From the NCBI GenBank assembly GCA_045629445.1, contig JAZQRG010000152.1, positions 1-37,777 of the forward strand: a stretch of DNA of 37,777 nt. Direction: 5' to 3'. Positions 29,015-37,777 of the stretch are shown piece by piece. A program made the translations under genes and the position numbers. Under the pieces are notes generated by a model. That model worked only from the letters and a program-made list of their open reading frames with translations. It was not told where the DNA came from and did no database searches. The stretch comes from Mycetocola sp. Its GTDB lineage: Bacteria; Actinomycetota; Actinomycetes; Actinomycetales; Microbacteriaceae. The stretch's first letter is position 1, and every line of letters begins with the position of its first letter.

Positions 29015-30603
29015 CAACGACGACGACGTCGACAACGACCAAGAAACCGGGAGGTGCCAAGGTCCGCGTCCAGCGGTTCGGCACGTTCCTCTCCGGGATG
29101 GTGATGCCCAACATTTCGGCGTTCATCGCCTGGGGCCTCATCACCGCATTCTTCATCGCCACCGGCTGGTTGCCCAACGGCATCCTTGGCGGATTCGGCA
29201 ATGCCGACCTCATCGGCTGGCAGGGTGCCGCAACAGCGCTCGCGCAGGCCGAAGACGGAACGACCTTCCCGCAGTACGTTGGCCTCGTCAGCCCGATGAT
29301 CACCTACCTCCTTCCGCTCCTCATCGCCAACACGGGTGGACGGATGATTTACGGTGAGCGCGGTGGTGTTGTCGGAACGATCGCAACCATGGGTGTCATC
29401 GTCGGATCCTCGATCCCGATGTTCATCGGCGCGATGATCATGGGTCCGCTCGGTGCGTGGCTCATGAAGAAGATCGACGCTATCTGGGACGGCAAGATCA
29501 AGGCCGGCTTCGAGATGCTCGTCAACAACTTCTCGGCCGGTATCCTCGGTGCCATCCTCGCTATCGTCGGCTTCTTCGGCATTGCGCCGATCATCACGAC
29601 CCTGAGCTCCTGGCTTGAGGGTGCGGTGAACTGGCTGGTCAGCCTGTCGCTGCTTCCGCTCGTCAGCATCTTCGTCGAGCCGGGCAAGATTCTCTTCCTC
29701 AACAACGCCATCAACCACGGTGTCTTTACGCCGCTGGGCGTCCAGCAGGTCGAAGAGACCGGCCAGAGCATCCTCTTCCTGATCGAGGCCAACCCCGGCC
29801 CCGGACTCGGAATCCTCCTTGCCTACGCGTTCTTCGGACTCGGGATCGCCAAGGCCAGTGCCCCCGGCGCCATCATCATCCAGTTCTTCGGTGGGATCCA
29901 CGAGATCTACTTCCCGTACGTGCTGATGAAGCCGCTCCTGATTCTCGCCGCCATCGCCGGCGGAATGACCGGTGTGGCCGTCAACGTCCTCTTCCAGAGC
30001 GGACTGCGCGCACCGGCATCGCCCGGCAGCATCATCGCGGTTCTCATCCAGACTCCGTTCGCCAGCATGTTCGGCGTGATCCTCTCGGTTATCGCCGCAG
30101 CGGGCGTCTCGTTCTTCATCTCAGCGGTTATCCTGCGTGCGTCACGCAAGCGCGACCTCGCCTCGGGCAACGCCGGTGACATGAGTGCAGCGGTTGCCGC
30201 GACTCAGGCGAACAAGGGCAAGGAAAGCTCGGTGCTCGGCGGCCTCGTCGCGGAGGGCACGACAGACACGGGCTCGGCATCAGGTACGGCGACCAAGACC
30301 CTCGTGAGGAACATCGTCTTCGCGTGCGACGCCGGAATGGGATCGAGCGCGATGGGAGCATCCGTTCTCCGTAACAAGATCAAAAAGGCCGGAATCGACG
30401 ACGTGAAGGTGACGAACCAGTCGATTGCCAACCTCACGGGAGACGCAGACCTGGTCATCACGCACCAGGACCTCACCGACCGGGCACGGGAGAAGTCACC
30501 GAACTCACAGCACATCTCGGTCGACAACTTCATGAACAGCCCGAAGTACGATGACGTCGTTGAGATGGTCAAGAACAACAACACCGAGGGGACAGCTGAA
30601 TGA
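29011..30603 (+). CDS. mtlA: PTS mannitol transporter EIICB
   Basis: FLSGMVMPNI, LFLNNAINHG, FFGGIHEIYFP, FACDAGMGSSAMGA. Confidence 0.95.
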   Translation: MTTTTTSTTTKKPGGAKVRVQRFGTFLSGMVMPNISAFIAWGLITAFFIATGWLPNGILGGFGNADLIGWQGAATALAQAEDGTTFPQYVGLVSPMITYLLPLLIANTGGRMIYGERGGVVGTIATMGVIVGSSIPMFIGAMIMGPLGAWLMKKIDAIWDGKIKAGFEMLVNNFSAGILGAILAIVGFFGIAPIITTLSSWLEGAVNWLVSLSLLPLVSIFVEPGKILFLNNAINHGVFTPLGVQQVEETGQSILFLIEANPGPGLGILLAYAFFGLGIAKASAPGAIIIQFFGGIHEIYFPYVLMKPLLILAAIAGGMTGVAVNVLFQSGLRAPASPGSIIAVLIQTPFASMFGVILSVIAAAGVSFFISAVILRASRKRDLASGNAGDMSAAVAATQANKGKESSVLGGLVAEGTTDTGSASGTATKTLVRNIVFACDAGMGSSAMGASVLRNKIKKAGIDDVKVTNQSIANLTGDADLVITHQDLTDRAREKSPNSQHISVDNFMNSPKYDDVVEMVKNNNTEGTAE

Positions 30604-31040
30604 CCGAAAGCATCCTGAGTCCAGAGAACATCGTCGCCGACGGATCGGCCTCGACGAAAGAGGAAGCGATCCGTGAGGCTGGTGCGCTTCTCGTCGCTGC
30701 CGGTGCTGTGAAGCCCGAGTACGTTGACGCGATGCTCGAGCGTGAGGCATCCGTCTCGACCTACATGGGCAACTTCCTGGCCATCCCGCACGGCACGAAC
30801 GAGGCGAAGGACGCCATCGTGCGTTCGGCGCTCTCGCTCGTGCGGTACGCGACCCCGATCGACTGGGATGGCGAAGAAGTGCGGTTCGCCGTCGGCATCG
30901 CCGGCCTCAACAACGAGCACCTGGAGATCCTCTCGAAGATCGCTCTCGTGTTCTCCGATGAGGACGAGGTTCAGAAGCTCATTGATGCAGCAGACGCGAG
31001 CGAACTGTTCGCCCTGCTCGAGGAGGTCAACGCAGAATGA
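30600..31040 (+). CDS. mtlF: PTS mannitol EIIA
   Basis: [26 protein letters not shown]. Confidence 0.9.
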   Translation: MTESILSPENIVADGSASTKEEAIREAGALLVAAGAVKPEYVDAMLEREASVSTYMGNFLAIPHGTNEAKDAIVRSALSLVRYATPIDWDGEEVRFAVGIAGLNNEHLEILSKIALVFSDEDEVQKLIDAADASELFALLEEVNAE

Positions 31041-32182
31041 AAGCTGTTCACTTCGGCGCAGGCAACATCGGACGAGGTTTCGTCGGTCTGTTGCTCCATG
31101 ATGCCGGCTACGAGGTTGTCTTCGCCGACGTGAACGCGGAGCTCATCGACGCGCTGAATGCGGCGCCGAGCTATGAGGTGCACGAGGTCGGTGACGGTGG
31201 GGGAGTCCGCACCGTCACCGGCTACCGTGCCATCAACAGTGCGACGAGTGAGAACGAGCTCATCGCCGAGATCCAGACGGCTGACGTCGTGACGACAGCC
31301 GTCGGTCCCAACATCCTGCGGTTCGTAGCTCCCGTCATCGCACGGGCGCTCGCTCTCCGCGACTCCGGCCTCCCGCCGCTTGCCGTGATGGCCTGCGAGA
31401 ACGCGATCAACGCAACCGATCTGCTCAAGACGGAGATCCAGTCGAGCGTCGGCACCGAGGAATGGGATGCCCTCGCGCCGCGTGCAGTCTTCGCGAACAC
31501 TGCTGTCGACCGGATCGTCCCAGGCCAGGACCCCGCTGCTGGCATCGACGTCACCGTCGAGACCTTCTACGAATGGGTCATCGAGTCAGGCCCGTTCGGC
31601 GACGCACGACCGGAAATTCCCGGTGCGACCTTCGTCGACGCCCTTGGCCCGTACATCGAGCGCAAGCTTTTCACGGTCAACACCGGGCATGCCACTGCGG
31701 CGTACTACGGCTTTGCCGCCGGTATCGAGAAGATCTCCGATGTGCTGGCGAATCCTGACGTCGCGGATGCTGTGCGCAAGGTTCTCGAGGAAACCAGCGA
31801 CCTCCTCGTGGCCAAGCACGGAATCGACGCCGACGTCCAGCGGGCATACCGGGAGAAGATCCTCACCCGCTTCGCCAACCCACACCTGCCGGACACCGTC
31901 CAGCGTGTCGGCAGGCAGCCGTTGCGCAAGCTCAGCAGGAACGAGCGCTTCATCGGTCCAGCCGCTGAGCTGGCCGAGCGCGGGTTGGGGCACACGGCCC
32001 TTCTCGACGCCGTCGGAAAGGCACTGGAGTTCTCCGTGCCAGACGACGAGCAGAGCACCGAGATGCAGGGGCTGCTCGCTGAACTGGAGCCCGCAGAATT
32101 CGTCGAGCGCGTCTCGGGACTCGCTCCCGAGCATCCGCTCTTTGACGACCTCGTGAACGTTGTGGCAGCGCACAGGAAGTAG
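31037..32182 (+). CDS. mtlD: Mannitol-1-phosphate 5-dehydrogenase
   Basis: [46 protein letters not shown]. Confidence 0.97.
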   Translation: MKAVHFGAGNIGRGFVGLLLHDAGYEVVFADVNAELIDALNAAPSYEVHEVGDGGGVRTVTGYRAINSATSENELIAEIQTADVVTTAVGPNILRFVAPVIARALALRDSGLPPLAVMACENAINATDLLKTEIQSSVGTEEWDALAPRAVFANTAVDRIVPGQDPAAGIDVTVETFYEWVIESGPFGDARPEIPGATFVDALGPYIERKLFTVNTGHATAAYYGFAAGIEKISDVLANPDVADAVRKVLEETSDLLVAKHGIDADVQRAYREKILTRFANPHLPDTVQRVGRQPLRKLSRNERFIGPAAELAERGLGHTALLDAVGKALEFSVPDDEQSTEMQGLLAELEPAEFVERVSGLAPEHPLFDDLVNVVAAHRK

Positions 32183-32218
32183 CGGTCCCGCCGGTTCGCG
32201 AAATGGCGATTAATGCCA

Positions 32219-32224
32219 TAAGAT
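32219..32224 (+). promoter_or_regulatory. Putative -10 element of the infA-rpmJ-alpha promoter
   Basis: TAAGAT about 108 nt upstream of infA; only a weak -35 (TTCGCG/TCGCGA, 32195-32201). Confidence 0.4.
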
Positions 32225-32331
32225 TGTCTGTTGGTGCTTTGTGCACGCTTAGGCGTGGCATCCACAAGGACTTTAGAAGCACCAAAATCCACCGCACGAC
32301 CAGTGCAACTATTTTTAGCGACAGTGAGGCT

Positions 32332-32553
32332 ATGGCCAAAAAAGACGGTGTCATTGAGATCGAAGGCTCGATCGTTGAAGCTCTGCCCAATGCGATGTTC
32401 CGTGTTAAGCTGACCAACGGTCACCGCGTTCTTGCCACAATCAGCGGCAAGATGCGCCAGCACTACATCCGCATCCTGCCCGAGGACCGCGTGATCGTGG
32501 AGCTGAGCCCATACGATCTGACCCGCGGCCGGATCGTTTACCGCTACAAGTAG
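32332..32553 (+). CDS. infA: Translation initiation factor IF-1
   Basis: [30 protein letters not shown]; 73 aa. Confidence 0.99.
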   Translation: MAKKDGVIEIEGSIVEALPNAMFRVKLTNGHRVLATISGKMRQHYIRILPEDRVIVELSPYDLTRGRIVYRYK

Positions 32554-32647
32554 CCCGCACTGTAAGTAACGGCCGCACCACGCCTCCTCTCGCACGCATG
32601 TGTTCGAGTCGGCCGGGCGGTACGACGACAGCGAGAGAGAGAAACTC

Positions 32648-32761
32648 ATGAAGGTCAAGCCCAGCGTCAAGAAGATTTGCGACAAGTGCAAGGTCATCCG
32701 TCGCAACGGACGCGTCATGGTCATCTGCGAGAACCCGCGCCACAAGCAGCGCCAGGGCTAA
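32648..32761 (+). CDS. rpmJ: 50S ribosomal protein L36 (Zn-ribbon, C+ form); below the ORF-track size cutoff
   Basis: Translated by hand: [37 protein letters not shown]. Confidence 0.99.
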   Translation: MKVKPSVKKICDKCKVIRRNGRVMVICENPRHKQRQG

Positions 32762-32901
32762 TTCTTCGTCTTTTCGAAGAACACGCGGTACCAGCAACAC
32801 AATATCGGCAGTTCCAGAACTCTTTTCGAGGGACACCTCGGGTCGGAGGCCCGAGCACAGGAACTGCTCCACACCTCCACTAACTCCTAGGAGAAGCCAC
32901 C

Positions 32902-33276
32902 ATGGCACGTCTCGCCGGCGTAGACATTCCCCGCGATAAGCGCGTGGAAATCGCACTGACGTACATTTACGGTGTTGGACGCACGAGGGCTCTGAAGACC
33001 CTCGTCGACACCGGCATCAGCGGAGACATCCGTGTGAAGGATCTCAGCGACGACCAGTTGGTCCTGCTGCGTGACTACATCGAAGGCAACTACAAGGTAG
33101 AGGGTGACCTCCGCCGTGAAGTTCAGGCCGACATCCGCCGCAAGGTTGAAATCGGCAGCTACGAGGGAATCCGTCACCGTCGTGGCCTGCCCGTTCGTGG
33201 ACAGCGCACCAAGACCAACGCTCGTACCCGCAAGGGCCCGAAGCGCACAGTTGCCGGCAAGAAGAAGGCTCGCTAG
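32902..33276 (+). CDS. rpsM: 30S ribosomal protein S13
   Basis: [25 protein letters not shown]. Confidence 0.99.
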   Translation: MARLAGVDIPRDKRVEIALTYIYGVGRTRALKTLVDTGISGDIRVKDLSDDQLVLLRDYIEGNYKVEGDLRREVQADIRRKVEIGSYEGIRHRRGLPVRGQRTKTNARTRKGPKRTVAGKKKAR

Positions 33277-33320
33277 GCCCCGGCCTTCGAGCTCTTCGCC
33301 GAAAGATTTAGGAGATATTC

Positions 33321-33719
33321 ATGGCTGCACCCAAAACGGCTGCCCGCAAGCCGCGTAAAAAAGAGAAGAAGAACATTGCTGTGGGCCAGGCCCACATCAA
33401 GTCGACCTTCAACAACACGATCGTCTCGATCACGGACACCACCGGTGCCGTCATCAGCTGGGCGTCCTCTGGTGGAGTTGGCTTCAAGGGTTCACGTAAG
33501 TCGACCCCGTTCGCCGCTCAGCTCGCTGCAGAGTCTGCTGCCCGCCAGGCACAGGAACACGGCATGAAGAAGGTTGACGTCTTCGTCAAGGGACCCGGCT
33601 CAGGCCGCGAGACCGCGATCCGTTCACTCCAGGCTGCAGGCCTCGAGGTCGGTTCGATCAACGATGTCACCCCGCAGGCGCACAACGGTTGCCGCCCGCC
33701 GAAGCGTCGCCGCGTTTAA
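33321..33719 (+). CDS. rpsK: 30S ribosomal protein S11
   Basis: [28 protein letters not shown]. Confidence 0.99.
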   Translation: MAAPKTAARKPRKKEKKNIAVGQAHIKSTFNNTIVSITDTTGAVISWASSGGVGFKGSRKSTPFAAQLAAESAARQAQEHGMKKVDVFVKGPGSGRETAIRSLQAAGLEVGSINDVTPQAHNGCRPPKRRRV

Positions 33720-33847
33720 GCACCATTCGATTCTCGACGATTGAGCGGCGCCAGCTCTGGCGCTGCTCAATCGTCGGCTCGGACACAACTTCATACCTCG
33801 TCATTGCAAGTGTCATATAGCGGACACTTAGCCGAAAGGAACACATA

Positions 33848-34840
33848 GTGCTTATTGCACAGCGCCCAACGCTCACCGAAGAGAACATTTCAGAGTTCCG
33901 CAGCCGGTTCGTGATTGAGCCCCTGGAGCCTGGCTTCGGATACACCCTCGGCAATTCACTTCGCCGTACCCTTCTGTCTTCCATCCCCGGCGCTGCAGTA
34001 ACCAGCATCCGCATCGACGGCGTGCTGCACGAGTTCAGCACCATCCCCGGTGTCAAGGAAGACGCGACCGAGATCATCCTGAACATCAAGGGTCTCGTCG
34101 TTTCGAGCGAGCACGACGAGCCGATCACCGCTTACCTCCGTAAGACCGGTGCAGGCCAGGTCACTGCCGCAGACATTTCGGCTCCAGCAGGCGTCGAGGT
34201 CCACAACCCGGACCTCGTCATCGCGACCCTCAATGACAAGGCGAAGTTCGAACTCGAACTCACCATCGAGCGTGGCCGTGGCTACGTGTCAGCGACGCAG
34301 AACCGCAACGAGTTCTCCGAAGCCGGCCAGATCCCGATCGACTCGATCTACTCGCCCGTTCTCAAGGTCACCTACCGCGTCGAGGCAACTCGTGCCGGTG
34401 AGCGCACTGACTTCGACCGCCTGGTCGTCGATGTCGAGACGAAGCCGGCTATCACGCCGCGCGACGCCATCGCATCTGCGGGAAAGACTCTCGTCGAACT
34501 GTTCGGCCTCGCTCGCGAGCTGAACAACGCGGCAGAGGGCATCGAGATCGGCCCGGCACCGGTTGACGCCGTTCTGCCCGGTGAGCTTTCGATCCCGATC
34601 GAAGACCTCGACCTCTCGGTTCGTTCGTACAACTGCCTCAAGCGCGAGGGCATCAACACGGTCTCCGAGCTCGTCGCTCTGAGCGAGACTCAGCTGATGA
34701 ACATCCGCAACTTCGGACAGAAGTCGGTCGATGAGGTTCGCGACAAGCTCGTGGAAATGGGCCTTTCGCTCAAGGACTCGGTTCCCGGGTTCGACGGCGC
34801 CCACTTCTACTCGGGCTACGACGACGAGACAAGCAACTAA
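33848..34840 (+). CDS. rpoA: RNA polymerase subunit alpha
   Basis: [34 protein letters not shown]; GTG after GAAAGGA. Confidence 0.99.
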   Translation: MLIAQRPTLTEENISEFRSRFVIEPLEPGFGYTLGNSLRRTLLSSIPGAAVTSIRIDGVLHEFSTIPGVKEDATEIILNIKGLVVSSEHDEPITAYLRKTGAGQVTAADISAPAGVEVHNPDLVIATLNDKAKFELELTIERGRGYVSATQNRNEFSEAGQIPIDSIYSPVLKVTYRVEATRAGERTDFDRLVVDVETKPAITPRDAIASAGKTLVELFGLARELNNAAEGIEIGPAPVDAVLPGELSIPIEDLDLSVRSYNCLKREGINTVSELVALSETQLMNIRNFGQKSVDEVRDKLVEMGLSLKDSVPGFDGAHFYSGYDDETSN

Positions 34841-34887
34841 GGCTCGTCCCCGGACGCCCTTTCATTTTTTGATACTGGAGATACAAC

Positions 34888-35406
34888 ATGCCTACGCCCA
34901 CTAAAGGCCCCCGCCTCGGAGGCGGCCCAGCGCACGAGCGTTTGATGCTCGCCAACCTGGCCGCTGCCCTGTTCACCCACAAGAGCATCAAGACCACCGA
35001 GACGAAGGCCAAGCGCCTCCGCCCGGTCGCCGAGCGCCTCATCACGTTCGCGAAGCGTGGCGACCTGCACGCTCGTCGTCGCGTCATGCGCATCATCGGA
35101 GACACCTCGGTTGTTCACGAGCTCTTCACCGAAATCGCTCCGCTCGTCGCAGAGCGCGAGGGTGGATACACCCGCATCACGAAGCTCGGCTTCCGCAAGG
35201 GCGACAACGCCTCGATGGTTCAGATCGAGCTCGTGCTCGAGCCTGTCACCCCGAAGGTGAAGAAGTCGAAGCCGGCCGCAGAGGCTGAGACGCCCGTTGT
35301 TGCCGACGAGGCTGCTGCTGAGGCTCCCGCCGAAGAGACCGCTCCTGAGGCCGCTGAGGCTGACGCTGAGGTCGTTGAGGCTGAGAAGGCCGAAGAGACC
35401 AAGTAG
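34888..35406 (+). CDS. rplQ: 50S ribosomal protein L17 with acidic Ala/Glu tail
   Basis: [21 protein letters not shown]. Confidence 0.99.
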   Translation: MPTPTKGPRLGGGPAHERLMLANLAAALFTHKSIKTTETKAKRLRPVAERLITFAKRGDLHARRRVMRIIGDTSVVHELFTEIAPLVAEREGGYTRITKLGFRKGDNASMVQIELVLEPVTPKVKKSKPAAEAETPVVADEAAAEAPAEETAPEAAEADAEVVEAEKAEETK

Positions 35407-35419
35407 CACCCGTTTCGAT

Positions 35420-35457
35420 CGAAACCCCTGTCATCCATATGGATGGCGGGGGTTTCG
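35420..35457 (+). terminator. Terminator-like hairpin ending the alpha operon
   Basis: cgaaacccctgtcatcc-atat-ggatggcgggggtttcg. Confidence 0.75.
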
Positions 35458-35501
35458 GCGTTTGTGGACGCGGTCGGACCTGGGTTGGGTCTCGTTGCGC
35501 C

Positions 35502-35642
35502 GCGAGAACATCTCTTGCGGTCGAGCGCCCCAGTTGCGCGGGGTGTTCTCGACCGGACGCGATGCTCTCGCCGAGTTCACCCAGTGCGGTCGAGGTCACC
35601 CGTTATGGCGAGTGATCTCGTCCGGGGTGGGTGATGTCGGCG
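35502..35642. repeat. Two adjacent related imperfect palindromes (REP-like)
   Basis: Units 35502-35571 and 35569-35642 share cgagNNca(t/c)cNNNtgcggtcgag on the left arm; each folds back on itself. Confidence 0.55.
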
Positions 35643-35784
35643 GGGTGTCCAGCGTGCTCGGAACGGATGCCGCGTTGCCGCGTGCACGCTGGCATCCGTT
35701 TGCGTGGGCGCGCGGGGGAGGGGCACGCGTTCGCCGGGTTTCCCTGTGCGGAATGCGCCCGTCGTTCCCCGGTAAACTTCCGGG

Positions 35785-36711
35785 GTGGACCCCGCCCCGA
35801 CCAGCACCCGATTTCGGCTCGATATCGCCTACGACGGTACACACTTCGCAGGCTGGGCCAAGCAGCCGGGCCTTCGCACCGTTCAGGGTGTGCTCGAGGA
35901 CGCGATCACCACGATCCTCGGCAAGCACGGTGACCGGATCCTCGTCGCCGTCGCCGGTCGCACCGACACCGGCGTGCACGCGACAGGCCAGGTGGCCCAT
36001 CTCGACCTCGATGAGGAGCGGGCGGCACGAGTGCGTCGCGGTCGCCCAGCCAAAGACGGGCTCCACCCGACAGGCAGTGCCCTGCGGCGCAAGGTCAACG
36101 GCGTCCTCGGCCAGTATCCCGACGTCCTCATCACCAACGCTCGACCCGCGGCTCCGGGGTTCGACGCCCGTTTTTCTGCCATCTGGCGACGCTACGAATA
36201 CCGCATCTCAGACAGCATCTCGTTTCGCAACCCGCTCGAACGCGCACAGACGGTGTGGCATCCGTCGCCCCTTGACGTCGACCGGATGAATGCGGCGGCA
36301 CAGTCGCTGGTTGGCCTGCACGACTTCGCCACCTATTGCCGCCCTCGCGCTGGCAGGACGACGATCCGCACGCTGCAGCGCTTCGGCTGGATCCGTGACG
36401 CCGAGGGCGTACTGGTTGCTGACGTGCGAGCGGATGCTTTTTGCCACAGCATGGTTCGCGCCCTCGTCGGAGTCTGCGTCGCCGTGGGTGAGGGCAAACT
36501 CGAGGTTGCGGATGCTGAACGTCTGCGCGCCGAGGTGACGCGGTCGAACGAGTTCGCCGTCATGCCGGCTCGTGGCCTCACCCTCGCCGAGGTTGGCTAC
36601 CCGAGTGACGCCCTGCTCGGTCAGCGTGCTGCGCTGACCCGCCAGCGGCGCAGCCTCGACGATGGTCGCGATCCGTTCGCTGAGTTTGACGATGAGTTCG
36701 ACGCCGGGTAG
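35785..36711 (+). CDS. truA: tRNA pseudouridine(38-40) synthase
   Basis: IAYDGTHFAGW, AGRTDTGVHATGQV, FDARFSA, AFCHSMVR; TAAACT 6 nt before GTG. Confidence 0.96.
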   Translation: MDPAPTSTRFRLDIAYDGTHFAGWAKQPGLRTVQGVLEDAITTILGKHGDRILVAVAGRTDTGVHATGQVAHLDLDEERAARVRRGRPAKDGLHPTGSALRRKVNGVLGQYPDVLITNARPAAPGFDARFSAIWRRYEYRISDSISFRNPLERAQTVWHPSPLDVDRMNAAAQSLVGLHDFATYCRPRAGRTTIRTLQRFGWIRDAEGVLVADVRADAFCHSMVRALVGVCVAVGEGKLEVADAERLRAEVTRSNEFAVMPARGLTLAEVGYPSDALLGQRAALTRQRRSLDDGRDPFAEFDDEFDAG

Positions 36712-36714
36712 GCT
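36686..36714 (+). promoter_or_regulatory. SigA-type promoter of rplM-rpsI inside the truA 3' end
   Basis: TTGACG (36686-36691), 17-nt spacer, TAGGCT (36709-36714). Confidence 0.7.
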
Positions 36715-36847
36715 TGCTCCTTGGTGTCCGTATTCTCTGCAGTGCGGCACCAGAAGTTGAGCCCTCCACCTGCGGCGTTCTTGTCAGAACTCCCAACGGA
36801 GCGGGATTCACGACCAACCAACTTACTTTCAAGAAAGCAGCACTATT

Positions 36848-37294
36848 GTGACGCGCACTTATTCCCCCAAGGTCTCTGAGATCCAGCGTGACTGGTTCAT
36901 CATTGACGCCACCGACATCGTCCTCGGCCGCCTGGCCAGCCAGGTCGCCATCCTCCTCCGTGGAAAGCACAAGGCTACCTTTGTGAACCACATGGACACC
37001 GGTGACTTCGTCATCATCATCAACGCTGACAAGGTCGCTCTTACGGGCCAGAAGCTCCTCCAGAAGAAGGCTTACCGCCACTCGGGTTACCCGGGCGGCA
37101 TCAAGGCTGTCACTTACGCCGAGCTGCTCGAGAAGAACCCGACCCGCGCGGTGGAGAAGGCTGTTCGCGGCATGCTCCCCAAGAACTCCCTCGGCGCTGC
37201 GCAGCTGCGCAAGCTGAAGGTATACACCGGTAACGAGCACCCCCACGCTGCACAGCAGCCCAAGACGTTCACCCTCGACCAGGTCGCCCAGTAA
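36848..37294 (+). CDS. rplM: 50S ribosomal protein L13
   Basis: [36 protein letters not shown]. Confidence 0.99.
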   Translation: MTRTYSPKVSEIQRDWFIIDATDIVLGRLASQVAILLRGKHKATFVNHMDTGDFVIIINADKVALTGQKLLQKKAYRHSGYPGGIKAVTYAELLEKNPTRAVEKAVRGMLPKNSLGAAQLRKLKVYTGNEHPHAAQQPKTFTLDQVAQ

Positions 37295-37324
37295 GCGCCC
37301 GGAATAGAAATAAGGATTCCTACA

Positions 37325-37777
37325 GTGGCGAAGATCGCAGATTCCATCTCAGAGACCCCGGAGAGCTTCTCCACCGAGACGCCGGTCGAGGCAGCCCCCA
37401 AGGCGGCTCGTCCCGCACTGAGCGTTCCCGGTGCAGCAGTCGGCCGTCGCAAGCAGGCAATTGCCCGCGTGCGCCTCGTCCCCGGCACCGGCACCATCAC
37501 GGTCAACGGCCGTGAGCTCGCCGAGTACTTCCCGAACAAGCTGCACCAGCAGCTCATCAACGACCCGTTCACCATCCTCGACCTGGCTGGCGGCTACGAC
37601 GTCATCGCTCGCATCTCCGGCGGTGGCCCTTCAGGCCAGGCCGGCGCGCTGCGCCTCGGCATCGCCCGTGCGCTCAACCAGATCGACGAAGAGAACAACC
37701 GCGCAACCCTGAAGAAGGCCGGATTCCTCTCCCGTGACGCTCGCGTCAAGGAGCGCAAGAAGGCTGGACTCAAGAAG
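37325..37777 (+). CDS. rpsI: 30S ribosomal protein S9, 3'-truncated by window edge
   Basis: GTG after AAGGA; translated by hand: [35 protein letters not shown]. Confidence 0.98.
   Translation, partial: MAKIADSISETPESFSTETPVEAAPKAARPALSVPGAAVGRRKQAIARVRLVPGTGTITVNGRELAEYFPNKLHQQLINDPFTILDLAGGYDVIARISGGGPSGQAGALRLGIARALNQIDEENNRATLKKAGFLSRDARVKERKKAGLKK

Noticed and set aside
26888-29901. Long minus-strand ORFs (608 aa and 547 aa), and similar ones opposite fusA, tuf, secY and map
   Set aside because: Antisense shadows of well-supported genes, expected with high GC3; no recognisable motifs.
23615-32200. Mobile element or genomic island call for the mannitol block
   Set aside because: No integrase, transposase, tRNA target or direct repeats seen, and base composition looks like the host.
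35297-36289. 330-aa ORF spanning rplQ-truA and small ORFs in the spacer
   Set aside because: Overlaps two real genes out of frame and crosses a terminator and palindromes; Arg/Pro-rich off-frame composition.

Overview
High-GC actinobacterial chromosome segment; protein sequences and gene order suggest Microbacteriaceae (inference). Most of it is the core translation supercluster on the + strand: str (rpsL-rpsG-fusA-tuf), S10, spc (rplN..rplO-secY-adk-map), infA-rpmJ, alpha (rpsM-rpsK-rpoA-rplQ), truA and rplM-rpsI (cut off). rpsN (S14) and rpsD (S4) are absent from their usual positions, which hold structured non-coding DNA instead. The left 5.2 kb has accessory genes: a transglutaminase-like protein with all three catalytic residues replaced, an FHA protein, a membrane protein, a CxxC protein and a Pro/Gln-rich membrane-anchored protein. 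About 8.5 kb between map and infA holds a class IV PLP enzyme and a self-contained mannitol PTS locus (PRD regulator, orphan EIIB, HPr, EI, EIICB, EIIA, MtlD). The best candidates for something undescribed are non-coding: a 6C-like twin C-loop RNA ahead of a lone antitoxin-like gene, a 16S helix-21-like (S8-binding) hairpin directly upstream of rpsH, REP-like palindromes, and several candidate r-protein leaders. No rRNA, tRNA, CRISPR array or transposase was seen. All family calls come from motif recognition by eye, not from searches.
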